The notes under the pieces were generated by a model. That model made no database searches, was not told where the DNA came from, and saw only the letters and a list, made by a program, of their open reading frames with translations. This document shows positions 13,926 through 26,255 of a stretch of DNA of 64,000 bases, piece by piece. The stretch's first letter is position 1. Each line of letters starts with the position of its first letter. A program made the position numbers and the translations under genes. The DNA is from Haliotis rubra (taxonomy: Eukaryota), in contig NW_025765678.1 of assembly GCF_003918875.1 (NCBI RefSeq), forward strand, positions 1 to 64,000, given 5' to 3'.

Positions 13926-14163
13926 TCTTAGTGGAGAACGAATGCCAGTTCTTGTATGTGAATTCCATCCGGAGTTTGAAACCACATTCTCAAAGTGAGG
14001 CACACATCTAGTCAGCGATCTTACACAAATATGAAAATCTGACAACTGGTAGTCTGGAAGCTATACTTTACTGAGAAAGTGAACTCACAAATATAACATG
14101 CCACATTTGACCGCTTTCTAAAGGTCATCTTGTACTCATTTTACCTAATTTGTCTTTTTTCAG

Positions 14164-14297
14164 GCATGTTATATTACCGATGGGGAAAGAATGAGAAAGC
14201 AATGACAACCCTTCTAAGGGCAAAGCAACTATCGCCAAGTGACCCTCTTATCCTCAAGGACCTGCAGATGCTTAATGAAGAAATAGGGGAAAGCTAA
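14164..14297 (+). CDS. TMTC4: TMTC4-like terminal coding exon
   Basis: Polypyrimidine tract plus cag, phase-compatible with the previous exon. Encodes GMLYYRWGKNEKAMTTLLRAKQLSPSDPLILKDLQMLNEEIGES*, compare TMTC4 'VLYHRWG'. Confidence 0.8.
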
Positions 14298-15729
14298 AAA
14301 TAACTTCTACATGGATCATATTTGTATCTTATGTCGTGTGAGAGCATTAGTCGCTGTCACAGATCGGGAAGGTATCATCTACCTGAGCAGAAAAGTAAAC
14401 AGAGGATGGCAGATACTGGCGTGATGTAAAGAAGATCAAAGTGTGCGTAATATACAGTAACCCACGGTTACAACGAACTCAGGGACCAGTTTTGTTCGTT
14501 ATTACCATAGTTCGTGATACACGTGTTGATAATTACAGATAATTACAGAGGAATTTCTCTTATAGATTCTACATGTAAGGTTTTTATGTCTATTCTTAAC
14601 CGTCGCCTTCAGTGGTAGTTTAAAGATCATAATATTATTAGTAAATCGCAGGCTGTTTTTAGAGCTGATTATTCTACAATTGATCATATATTTTCTTTAC
14701 AGTCTTTAGTTTAAAAAGATATTGGTAAAAAAGGGGGTAGATTATATGGTCTGATTGTGGATTTTACCAAAGCCTTTGATGCCTTAAGGCATGATGTACT
14801 TATAAAATCACTTGCAGAAGTTGGTATAAGGGGTAAATTTCTAAAGTTGTTAACATCTATGTACAGTTCTCTGTCTGCTTCAGTTAGGACATCTAGTGGC
14901 TTATCAGGTAGTTTCTCTTGTAATATTGGCATCCGTCAAGGATGTGTATTGAGTCCACAAACATTTATTATTTTTATCAATAAGTTTTGTTGTCTTTTAG
15001 ACAGAGATGGTGGCCAGGGTATTCCAGTTTCATCTTCCATTAGCAATCTTTGTTCTCTCATGTTTGCTGATGATGCGTCAGCTGTTGCTGATATTTGTGT
15101 GCAGCTTCAGAGGAAGATTGATGTTCTTAAAAGGTTTTGTGATCAGACAGGTATGAAAGTCAATTTGAAGAAGACAAAGATTATTGTGTTTAGAAATGGT
15201 GGTCCTCTGCGTTCATATGAGAAATGGTTTTATACAGGAAATGTCATAGATACTGTATCCTATTATAAGTACTTATGAATTTTGTTCTCTCCTAAATCAG
15301 CTTGGACTAAAGCTAAATCTTACCTGGTGCCACAAGCAAATAAGGCTTTGTTCTCTGTTAAAAACATTGAAAGGAAACTTGGTAATATTAATTGTACAGA
15401 TCTTTTTAAAATATTTGATAGCATGATATCACCCATTCTTTGCTATGGTTCTGAAATGTGGGGCACATCTTATTGTACTACAATTGAAGCTGTTCATATC
15501 AAGTTTTGTAAATATGTGTTGAAAGTTGGAAAATCCACATGTAACATTATTGCCTTAGGTGAATGTAGAATACCTCTACAGTTTACTTAAGCCTTGTTTA
15601 CATGCACCACATTTACCCCCATGGGTATTTAGCCCCTGGGGGTAAATTTACCCACAGGGGCAAATGGCAAAATTGTGCCTGCGTTTACATGGTGGGAGGT
15701 ATTGATATTTCTTGTCACTTCTCTATAAC

Positions 15730-16400
15730 CATGGATGAATATAGACGTTTGTCCAAATCTAGAAAACGTAAGAGATTCATCCAAACTTTGTGCGTGGGTT
15801 CATCACTAGAGAACGCCTTGTTTTGGAAAAGGAAAGGAGTAGATATTGGTGGGAAGTAACTGTACCACGTTTTGATGAAACCCATTGTAGAGAAAACGTC
15901 AGAATGTCAAGGGACATGTGCCAGCGCATCTGTGAAAAGTTCCATCTTCACATTCAAAAAGATTCGAGTAGCAGTGGCAATATACTACTTGGCCACAACA
16001 GTAGAATATCGCATTGTTGGTAATCTGTTTGGGATTCACAGGTCAACAGTTTCTTGTGTAGTACATGAAGTGTGTTATGCCACTTGTACACACGTGTTTC
16101 CTGATGTTGTGAAGTTTCCTATAGGTGAGGAAAGCTTCAAAGCTTACCACAGACTGGAAGGAAAGAGTGGGTAGTGCTAACAATGATGGTGACATGCCGG
16201 GACATGCCTGTCGTCGTCATTGCAGATCCGGCCTGTCGCATGTCTCACTAGCTCTTAACACTTTACGGCAACGGAGGAACCCAATCGGATGAGAAGTCAT
16301 ACTTCAACTTCCGCTTCAGCAGTGCCCGGATGCTCATTGAAATACATTAGGACACTTCAAAGGAAGATGAAGGCGCATAACATGTATGAATCAAACCACA
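15730..16400 (+). pseudogene. Harbinger (HARBI1-like) transposase remnant
   Basis: RSRYWWE...RENVRMSR and RVAVAIYYLATTVEYRIVGNLFGIHRSTV; frameshifted and internally deleted. Confidence 0.8.
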
Positions 16401-16539
16401 TGTTCAACCCTGACTGGCTGGATGAGGTTGAGATACATGATGGCGACCAAGGACCACAAGGTCAAGTTGATACCACTGGACAAGAATGTTGGACATATGA
16501 TGGATGATGGATTGGCATATGGTTGAGGAGTTTTCAAGA

Positions 16540-17334
16540 TGAACTGTAGCATACGCAATTGGTGTTCTCTGTCAGAAGCTTTCTGTCTTTCTCCTCTATC
16601 CAGTTTCCTAAGTGCAAGCTCTCTATTTTCTTTCTCGTCATTTTTCTCATTTCCAGCTCAATTTGTTCCTTTCCAACTCAATCTGCCTTGCTTCAATATC
16701 TTCATTAGGTTTAGCAAACTAGTCCATGACAGTTTTCAAAGTTGTTTTCAGTTTGGGTTTTCTTTGTTTTCCTTTTTTGTTTCTTTTCATATGACCATTT
16801 TGTTGGCCATTTTTAACACATTCATAATCTCCTGGCTCAGCAAGTTCGACATCATCAGCAATGTTGTCGGTAACATGATCATCAGTAACTTCAAGATCAG
16901 ATATGTCTGTATCTGATGCAACTGACTGCTGGAGACTTTGAATGCCCTTTCCAGGTGATGTCGCAAAATTTCATTTAGCTGTTCATAAAATGTGCAGAGT
17001 TTTCGCGTCTGTCCACTCCTCTTAAGTGAATCCCTACACTGTCTATATCATTTTAAAGTGTTTTCGTTCGTTCTGTGCATTGTATGGCCGTTTTCGCAAA
17101 GCCCAGTTCATGCATTACTTTGTTCACCTTTGAAATAACAGCTGTATCAGCTTTTGAGGGGCTGTGAAGAAGGGACTGGATGGGCATGTCTCCGCAGATA
17201 CTAAGCAGACCCTTTGTCTCATCGTCTGTCCAGAAGGGACTGAATGGGCATGTCTCCGCAGATACTAAGCAGACCTTTGTCTCATCATCTGTCCAGGCTT
17301 AACCACGTCGTAAACGCTTGTTTATCGGAGGCAT
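16540..17334 (-). pseudogene. Harbinger Myb/SANT-like accessory gene remnant
   Basis: - strand reads ...AWTDDETK.LLSICGDMPIQSLL...; about 64-bp tandem duplication at 17169-17296; charged C-terminal region. Confidence 0.65.
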
Positions 17335-18416
17335 GTTGTTTCCAGTGTAGAGCTACAGATTAATGACAGGGTGGGTAGTGCATACCAACAACATACATAC
17401 CAACAAAATGCATGTCTTGATTTCCTCGAAAACCATTCCATTATAAGCAGGGATGGATGGTTTTACAAATGTACCCCTGGTTGTATTTAGCTTGATAGAC
17501 CCTTTACATGACACTTTTACACTGAATTTGCTCCACCTCTTGACCAGGGGCAGAATACCCCCTGTGGGTATAATTTACCCCCTGTTAGACCCGTTTACAC
17601 GACAAAATTTGCCTCTCAGGGGTATTTTAACCCCATGTGGTATTTTACCCACGGGGGCCAAGGGGTGCATGTAAACAAGGCTTTATACATCTAATGCAGT
17701 ACAATACTGGTGTAGAGTCTTAAACATGCCTGATTATAGATTACCAAAACAGTGTTAGCTTATGTTACTATCCTTAAACAATGTAGGTCGCACTTCATGG
17801 GCACCTAGAATAAAATATATTCTTTTCCAATTTGGTTTTGGTTTTGCTTGGATAAGTCAGGAGAATTGTAATCAAAAAGTCTTTATGACATTATTTAAAC
17901 AAAGATTATCTGACAATTTATTCCAGTCGTGGCAATTATCTTTACAAGATAACAGAAAGTGTACTTATTATAAACATTTTAACTCTATGTTAACTGTATT
18001 AAAATATGTGTTACATAATGAGCTTCCTCAATATTTAAAAATATATTTGCTAGATTCGGGTGTTGCAATTTTAGACTAGCCGTGGAAAGGGGCAGATATT
18101 CTGATATTAACTATAATGAAAGGTAGTGTCTATATTGCAAATCTAATGGTATTTTATTAATTGAAGATGAATGCCATGTATTTTATGTGTGTGAAACATA
18201 CTCTAGTATCAGGAATAAATATATTAAGAAATATTTCAGTAATTTCCCCACAATTATAAATTTTATATCTATTGAAAATATGGATATGATAAAAATGTAT
18301 GTTTATTCATATATCATGTAAACAAGAAACACAAAGTGTAAATACTGAAAAATGCGCTGATGTGTTACATATTATCATGAGTGTATTTTTGGCCGGAGGC
18401 ATGTTACTGAATAAAA

Positions 18417-18452
<36 letters not shown>

Positions 18453-19051
18453 ATACACGTGTTGAAAATAATACTGCAACAGGCAGGGGGGGGGGCGCAT
18501 TTCGTTTTATCCGTCAGTTCTTTATAAGCGTGTTCGTTATAAATGTAGTTTATTGTATACTCATATATGTATATATGTATATATTCAATTCTATACTCAA
18601 GCACTATATTTCGTTTTATTGTCTTTGTTCTTTAGCGCCATACTCAACAAGTCCGTCTGTCTGACAGCGGTCTGTAACAATACTGTCTGAACCAGACAAG
18701 TCAGTGTCGTATCACATGGAGTTCCGACGAACACACACACACACGCAAAACACAATTGTCATGGCTCGTCACTATATGGCTGTTATACTGCCGATGTCAC
18801 GTAAAGCTCAACTCAACTGAACTTAATTGTCATGGGCGCGGATCTTTTAGCCAACTGTGTTGAAAAGAAATGAAACACAGAGTTTCATATTTTATATAAT
18901 GTGTATACATAACATGTCCAAATGCTCTGCTCCATAACAGTGTTTTTTTCTGTTGATAAAATAAATCTCTAGCATATAGCAACATTTCATGGGGGCCCCC
19001 TTTGGATTCATTTTCAGGATTTCAACGAACACATTATTTAATATAAATATA

Positions 19052-21335
19052 GTGAGTGAGTGAGTTAAAATTTAACGTCACATCGGCAATATTGCAGCCA
19101 TATCGTGACGAGAACAGTTGATATCAATATTCAAATCAATAAATGTATAACGTAAAAACCTTTCATCGAAGGACAGTAAAACTACTAGAATACCACAGCT
19201 TTTAATTTAAAACTAGTACGCAATCATAAAAATCATCTCATATCACGAGGGACAACAGTACAATATAAAATGGGCTATAGATCACCAGCAACTGAAGGTT
19301 GATCACCATACTAAGGACCATGGGGACTTACAGTACCTTTGCTACGTATATGGACCCCAAAGGCCAGTTGGATTTACATCATCCCTTCAGCAGCCGTCGA
19401 GTTATTAATTTAAACTTCCAATTATAACATAGTTATCTATTTATAAATCAGTTTACAAATCTAATTCTTTTAAAAATGCAATAATTAAATGAGAACTTAT
19501 ATTATTAAAAAGATCCTTCATAGTTCGTTATCTCTTGTGGTGGAATATTCAACACAGTCTAGCAAGACATGCTTGACTGTGATTCTTTCATCACAAGGGA
19601 TACAAAACAGGAGGATCCTCACCTTTCAAGACCGCCTCCGTGGTGTAGTGGTTAGAGCGTCCGCCCGGAGAACGGAAGGTCGCGGGTTCGATCCCCGACA
19701 GCGTCATACCAAAAGACGTTAAATCGTGGTACTTGTTGGTCCCTGTCTGGCGCTCGGCATTAAGGGGTACAACAAGGACTGGTCGCCTCGGAGTCAGTAT
19801 AATGTGTCTGAGTGGGGTATTTCTGCTTCACTGCGGCATGGTATCTAGCACTATAAAACCAGCTTCAGTCTGGGCTAGTACAAGCAGCCGCACATACACA
19901 TACAAACGCATGCACGTCGTCATATGAGCGAAATATTCTCCAGCACGACGTTAAACCCACTTTCACCTCACCTCACCTTTCAAAAGGTATTCATGAGTAT
20001 ATATTTGTGTGGCCAATACGACATCGTTGCATGATGACCTCTTCAAATCTGGACTGACAACCCAAGTAGGTGTAACCAATGTAAGGTTTTATGTCATGTA
20101 ATTTATTAATACCCATTGCATCAGATCACGGATGTAAGTTCTAATGCTAGCTTTGTACTCCGAGTATGGGATAAGAAGTGGTGTCACGGATTTGTTGAGT
20201 GCTGCCTTGGCAGCAAGATCGGCCATTGTATTCCCAGAAATTCCAACGTGGCTGGGTAACCAACAGAGGACGATGTCGTACTGGCCAGTTGCAAGATCAT
20301 TATATAATTCTATAATTTCTATTAAAAGTGGATGTTTACAAGAAAGATTTTTAATCGCCTGAAGGCAAGAAAGAGAGTCTGAAAATATTATATATTGTTT
20401 ATAATTAGGGTGTTTTTTAATATATTTAAGCGCTGTTAGCAAAGGAGGAGAAGAACGAAGACGGGAAGGAGATATATTTCCAGCACAATGCCAGCCGCAG
20501 TAATGAATGGCTTAATTCTAAGCCCAAGAGGAGAACAGGAGAAGATTTCTTGTTTTAAAAATCCTCATAAAGAGGATTAAAGAAACAGTGAAATGCAGGA
20601 TTAAGCTCGTTAGTATATAGTTTTGTAAAATATTGTAATTTTATACGCGTTGGGTAAGAGAAGGCTCATCTGCCTCGACGTAGAGACTGTCAACAGAAGT
20701 TCTTAATGACCCATGACAAAGTCTCAGACCTTGGTGGTGGACAGAATCTAATAGTTTTAGGTTGCTTTTGTAAGCTCCACCATATATGATGGAGCCATAA
20801 TCACGCCACGAGCGGACCAATGATCTATATAGGTGTAGGAGGGTAGTTTGATCCCCTCCCCACTTTGAATTAGAAACTACTTTCAATAAATCGAGTGCCT
20901 TCAGTCATTTATTTTAAATCTATTTAATATGCGGCATAAAAGTCAAATGGGAGTAAAAATATAGACCCAAGAACTTGGCATCTTTGACAACTTTGATTGG
21001 AGTGCCATTTAAATTTAGTTCTGGGTCCTTATGCGACTTATATTTTCTACAGAAGTGTATACAATTAGTTTTGGACTTTAAAGCCGTTTTCAAGACACCA
21101 TTTATTGATTTTGTTTAAACACAAATGCAGTTGCCGTTCAATAGTATGCATATTTTTACCGCGACAAGAAATATTAATATCTTCAACAGAAAGTGATCCA
21201 TCGATTGAATAATTTAAAACCTTAGAGAAACTATTTATTTTAATGCTAAACAATGTTACAGATAAAATACTTCCTTGTGGGACACCCTGATCCTGATTAT
21301 AATGGTCAGACAGGGTAAAACCCACGTAGACTTGA
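19052..21335 (-). mobile_element. I-group (Nimb-like) LINE fragment: RT C-terminal half, RNase H, 3' UTR, (TCAC)n tail
   Basis: GVPQGSILS, IFSDSLSCLQAI, WLPSHVGISGNTMADLAAKAAL; many stops and frameshifts. Confidence 0.9.
19630..19970 (+). mobile_element. tRNA-derived SINE family C, complete, with a Meta-like central domain, inserted in the LINE
   Basis: A/B boxes; GTCATACCAAAAGACG...GGCGCTCGGCATTAAGG core (Meta-like from recall); TSD cctcacctttcaa at 19617-19629 and 19971-19983. Confidence 0.85.
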
Positions 21336-22144
21336 AATAATATAAATATGGAGGAAATGTACCACATTCAATATAAACAATTGTATATGTACTTTGAGTT
21401 TTGACACTAAGGAGCTGTGTACATTCCTGAATTGTTTTAATCCCCATACCTCAGCTCATGCAGTAAAAATGAAATGAATTTTCATGTTAAAAATCTGAAA
21501 GCATGACTTGAAACATGTATCACAGAGAAATTGTATATTCTTTGTTAAACCAGATATGGTCTTCTCTTCCATGTACAGAATAATGGTAACTTCCCTCTGT
21601 GGCACATGTCCCTGTCACACATCACTGATTTCACAGGCCACGGAGGGAAATTGAGTAGAGGCCACGTGCCACAGAGGTACATGTCACCAGTTTCAATTAA
21701 CGAGGTGTGAATGGCTGAATGGTGAAAGTTTATTATTACTATGTGTTAGCGGGGTATAATTAATTAATTGTTGAATCGCTACTGATGGTATTGTGGTAAT
21801 CTCTTCTTTGTGGGTTTCTTATGCAATTTCGTAACAACCTCTCATATAATGCTATCAATCTGCCAATTAAGGTCCATCAATTAAATCCCGTGTTAATGAC
21901 CTAACACCTTATCAGTCATGGCACTCAAGGACACACAAAACGACCATAGGCCACAGCGGGAAACTTCATCTGGATGATTAAAATCTCATAGGCCAAAGAG
22001 GGAAATACCACAGAGGTACTAAACCAGAACAATCAACACAAGTGAACACCTAAATATTACTAGTGTGTAATTACATCCAACGTTTCTCATTTGGAGGATC
22101 ACTCTCTCATTGTGTAATTCAATATTTTCAAATTACCAGCCTTT

Positions 22145-22270
22145 ATCCCATTTGCGTAGATCGATGCTCATGATGCTGATCACTGGATGATCACTCGATT
22201 ATTTACAGACCGCCGCCATATAGCTGGAATGTTGCTGAGTGTGACGTTAAACATAAAACCAACCAACCAA
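22145..22270 (+). mobile_element. Family A 3' fragment
   Basis: Matches 11325-11450. Confidence 0.75.
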
Positions 22271-23120
22271 CATCCCCATGTACTATTCGAATTTATACCA
22301 ATACCTTATGTATGTGTATGGTCCTACTACTCATGCCCTGTGCAACTCATTTGAAACAGCCATCAAGACATATACTTCGACTAACAATTGACCTTGTGAA
22401 TACCTGGGATTAAACTTTCTTAGTAAAGTACAGATTCTAGTACAATTTTTGGGGTTGAGTCACATCAGGGATTAGAACCCACACTACTTGCCAGCATACA
22501 AAGCCGGCGACCTCACCCACTCAGCCACCAGGTACGTTTATTGGTCCGTGATTTGAACCCTCACTCTCAAAGTGAGGCAACAAATCGCCGACACAATGTG
22601 ATTTACTGTTAAAGTGTTATCCCCAATATAACATTTAAATGTTACTTTCGACCTTTCACTAAAATGGCATTTCTATTCAATAATACTATTAAAAAATACG
22701 TATATGATGGGACTTCGAAAAAGAGACCTTCAAGGTCACCCCAAAGTAGAAATAAAGGTCATATGGTAAAACACCCGGATGTGACCTTTAACCAAGAGTC
22801 AGTCATCTGTGATTGCAGCATGTAAGAAAATTGTAAACGTTATTTAAGACAAAAACAAGATTTATTAACAAAACTTATAGGTTTTTTGTGAGGTAGAACC
22901 CCATTTGAAATGGCTGTTCATCGGAGGTAATAACGGTAAATGGCTGGTTCAGATCCTCGCTCAAGGCGGTGCAGCATTCAGTCCTGGCCAATGAGATTCG
23001 GCGAAGCCCTATCCAGAATGATGAGAACTGAATTCTCGGTCCATTCCGCGAGTTGGACAAAATCAGAGTCAAGTGCAGAAACTGTGAGCTATGGTGCGTA
23101 TCATAATTCAAATAGCAAAG

Positions 23121-23367
23121 GTGAGTGAGTGAGTTTCGTTTTACGCCGCACTCAGCAATATTCCAGCTATACGGCAGCGGTTTGTAAATAATCGGGTCTG
23201 GACCAGACAATCCAGTGATCAATAGCATGAACATCGATCTGCCAATTGGTAACCGATGACAAGTGTCAACCAAGTCAGCGAGCCTGACCACACGATCCCG
23301 TTAGTAGCCTCTTACGACAAGCATGGGTTACTGAAGATCAATATTCTAATCCGGGCCTTCACGGGTA
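23121..23367 (-). mobile_element. SINE-like family A, full length
   Basis: TSD tcaaatagcaa at 23108-23118 and 23368-23378; the element starts ACCCGTGAAGG. Confidence 0.88.
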
Positions 23368-23518
23368 TCAAATAGCAACAGCAAAAACTCAGTGAAATTA
23401 TGAAATGCTCAGAAACTGTAACAGTCATGGTAAACACAGTTTTGTTCATCATTTGAAATTAATGCTTTCCCTGATGAAACCGTTTCATAAAGAGTTTTAG
23501 CGAACCAGAGGTTTTTCG

Positions 23519-24640
23519 TTAACTCTTTAGTTTATTCAGTTCTTGATCAGACACCACTTCATCCAATACTTGATAAGGCACCAAATCTTGGTTCTCGTCT
23601 GTTCTGTCCTCCTTACAGAACTTCCAGAAGAGGAAGGAGAGAGCTGAAGCCACCAGCATGGGGAGGAGGGCGAACACGATCACATACATCCATGCTCTTG
23701 CCTTACAACTGCTCCACATGTCAATGCTCTGATGACGTGCTCTCCGGCTGCTGTGAAACACCACGCTCTGTTCAGGATTAAGGGAGACATCAAAGCGGCA
23801 AGATGGTTTACCTGGGACAAACGTACAGTTTGATGTCGCTTTCGACACATCATACAAAGTCCGTTTGATGAAGAAGTTTGCCGTCGATGATGCATCAAAG
23901 AGTCCATCGTTGAAGAACACAAAGAAATAGTTGTCTGCTTCTGAGGAGTTCATTGCATAGGTGTCAAGAGACTGCAAGTCGTGTTTGTAGATGTAACATC
24001 CACTACAGTCTCCTTTACCGTCCAGCCATGTTTGAAGGTTGCTTTCTCCTTGGATCACAAAGATTTTCGTGAATATTGAAAATATGTTGCTGCTGTTGAA
24101 CTGTAGTGTTGACCCGGGGAGAAGATAGAATCCCCAGTATTCGTAATTATTTCTAACTATGGTCATCTTGTAGCTTGTATTAAACTCCTCAGTCCTGTTA
24201 AGATCTACCACGGGTTCCTGGTCAAAGGTGTAGGCTTCGAAAGGATCGCTGGAGTTGAGAGTGAGGCTCTGACAGAAGACGTTGTTCACGTGGTCCTGTA
24301 CTTTCCGCATGTCTGTTGGCGCAGCCTGGAACTTGTTGGTGCCGAGGACGTTGATACTGATGAGAAGTCCGGCGGTGAGGACGGCAGTGGCAACATAGAT
24401 CCAGAGGAGTGCGATGCGGAGGTAGCGGGACATTTTCCTGATGCAGAGGAGAATGCTGGCAATGTTGATGCCAAGGACGACGAGTTTGCAGCAGCATTTC
24501 TCGCACTCTGCGTCGCCGCTTACTGAGGTGCTATGTGTGGTATGGTGGTAGTGGTGTATGTGGATTCCCCCAGTGCTAAAACCACCGCCACTGAACCCGC
24601 CTCCCCCGCCACTAGAGAAACCTCCGGCACCGTGTGTCAT
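23519..24640 (-). CDS. Membrane protein paralog 1 (373 aa), APD1-4 middle-domain-like, no RING finger; single coding exon
   Basis: Intact ORF. The ATG follows a splice acceptor (ttttag|G ATG). Gly/His/Cys-rich N-terminus, hydrophobic segments near both ends, YEYWGFYLLPGS motif, three paralogs in the window. Confidence 0.85.
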   Translation of the reverse strand: MTHGAGGFSSGGGGGFSGGGFSTGGIHIHHYHHTTHSTSVSGDAECEKCCCKLVVLGINIASILLCIRKMSRYLRIALLWIYVATAVLTAGLLISINVLGTNKFQAAPTDMRKVQDHVNNVFCQSLTLNSSDPFEAYTFDQEPVVDLNRTEEFNTSYKMTIVRNNYEYWGFYLLPGSTLQFNSSNIFSIFTKIFVIQGESNLQTWLDGKGDCSGCYIYKHDLQSLDTYAMNSSEADNYFFVFFNDGLFDASSTANFFIKRTLYDVSKATSNCTFVPGKPSCRFDVSLNPEQSVVFHSSRRARHQSIDMWSSCKARAWMYVIVFALLPMLVASALSFLFWKFCKEDRTDENQDLVPYQVLDEVVSDQELNKLKS

Positions 24641-25555
24641 CCTAAAAACAGAAAGGGAAAACGTTTGTCTCAACATGCAGTGATCTGTGATCGATAATTT
24701 CTAATTACATGTACATGTATGTACTTCTTTAGTGATATTTAATGTAGACATGTTTGAATCCATATGATACACATCAAATCTGAGAAAACATTTACCCGAA
24801 TTATATGTAACTTTGATCCTTTATCAAATATTCTGCCTCTCATTCAAATATATTCCAGAGTTACAGATAACTTTTTGGGTCATTGAGTTATGTACTCGCT
24901 TGTGTTCATTTCAATTGGGTACCTTAATGTTCCTTTGAGTAACCAAATATATTGTACCCACCTCACACAAAATTGGGTATTTTGACATTTTCCATTAATT
25001 GTAAAAATCTAATAAACTTTAAATGTTGGTTTAAGTGTTCAGGTGTTGAAACTGAACCTCCCAATTTACCTCAGTTATCTCTTTGTATTTGTACGCATGT
25101 AATATCAAATTTATTGAGTATTTACAAAACTTCAAGCGTACTCTTACGCAATAGACTTAATAGGAATTGAATTTTCACTAAAGCTGCGTAGATTACACAC
25201 TTATTTTTATTTGTACCTCGGGGGCACATGTATGCTTGGAAAGAAATGTTTCGAATAAACGTGTGTCTTTTAAGTCGCATCGTGATTTCATTTGTAATGA
25301 CAGTACGATACAACACATATGTAAAAGTCTGTCAGTTAATGTCTGGAATTTGGCGAAGCTAACCTTAATAAATGAGGACATTTCAGTAAATAATGCATTT
25401 GTTAATACAGTCTATATCCTGTGTTGTAAAAACACCATGTTACATTTATATAATGGCGGTGAACTGCTAATATAATCATGTCTCACCACAAACAGAACAT
25501 GTCTTACCACAAACTGAGCATGCCTTATCACAGACAATGCTATATGTGTAACTAC

Positions 25556-25842
25556 AGTGAGTGAGTAAAAATTTAACGTCACATCGGCAATATTTCAGCC
25601 ATATAGTGACGAGAAATGTTTTATATAAACAATCAAGTAAAGTTGCTAAATAATCAATCATCGAAGGACTGTAAAATAACTACAGTATCACAGATGGAGT
25701 CTAAAACTAGCATGAACATGTAAAACTATTTTATTTACGAAGACAATACAATATAAAAACGGGCTATAGATCGCCAACAACTGAAGGTAGATCACCATAC
25801 TAGGAACCATGGGGACTTACATTACTTTTGCTACCTGCATGG
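25556..25842 (-). mobile_element. I-group LINE 3' UTR fragment
   Basis: Same 3' UTR and tail as 19052-19350. Confidence 0.8.
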
Positions 25843-26067
25843 ATGTAACTACAGAGCCACATCTCACTACAAAAAGCATCCGTGGCTCACAACTAACCAA
25901 ACTCTGGCTATTGTTTCCACTGACATTGTTCTTCACCTTCGATGAGCATTGAAAATTCATCTCAAAATAACGAATTCGTACAGCGTCAGAATTCAATATT
26001 AAAATTTAACTCACTCCTTCTGATAATACATAATCATTATTAACACTCAGAAATGCATGCCTCTCAC

Positions 26068-26255
26068 CTCAAATTTCAGATTATTCTCAATACGATTTCA
26101 ATCAATGTTCACGACAACCAGGGTGCACTTGCTTGTGATGAACAGGTATGTTTCCAAACCGCTCTGTATATAGGTGTTATATGAAACTCGGTGATATACT
26201 TCCCTGTGTGAGGATGTAGAATGACACGACACTGCTCTCTCTCCCTCTATATATA
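26068..26255 (-). promoter_or_regulatory. Putative TATA + Inr core promoter and non-coding exon 1 of paralog 1
   Basis: - strand TATATATAG lies about 31-33 nt upstream of TCATTC (+1 about 26222). An ATG-free exon ends GAG|GTGAGA at 26068/26067. Conserved at about 39140-39326 and 54755-54925. Confidence 0.55.

Larger units (their letters stand above)
15590..17682. mobile_element. PIF/Harbinger DNA transposon (decayed)
   Basis: TIRs AGCCTTGTTTACATGCACC / GGTGCATGTAAACAAGGCT, 3-bp TTA TSD, convergent transposase and Myb-like genes. Confidence 0.9.
14530..18452 (+). mobile_element. 5'-truncated decayed LINE (RTE-X/CR1-like RT), interrupted by a Harbinger element
   Basis: RT motifs NYRGISL, DFTKAFD, GIRQGCVLSP, LMFADD; C-terminal Cys/His motif; AATAAA plus (TGTC)n tail; 13-bp TSD atacacgtgttga at 14517-14529 and 18453-18465. 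Confidence 0.88.
14455..18555. mobile_element. pogo/Tc1-type MITE split by a LINE insertion
   Basis: TA|CAGTAACCCACGGTTACAACGAAC ... GTTCGTTATAAATGTAGTTTATTG|TA: imperfect TIRs with TA flanks. Confidence 0.55.

Noticed and set aside
22875-23100. Possible extra exon downstream of paralog 1
   Set aside because: No recognisable domain, no counterpart near the other paralogs, and the ORF start lies in a SINE.
24222-24526. Conserved antisense or alternative-frame ORFs over the paralogs (also 41786-42013 and 57713-57945)
   Set aside because: Shadows of the GC-rich, homogenised coding segment.
24641-24676. ORF-track N-terminal extensions of the paralogs (also 41708-41737 and 62828-62929)
   Set aside because: They are intronic polypyrimidine/acceptor sequence; the conserved start is AG|G-ATG.
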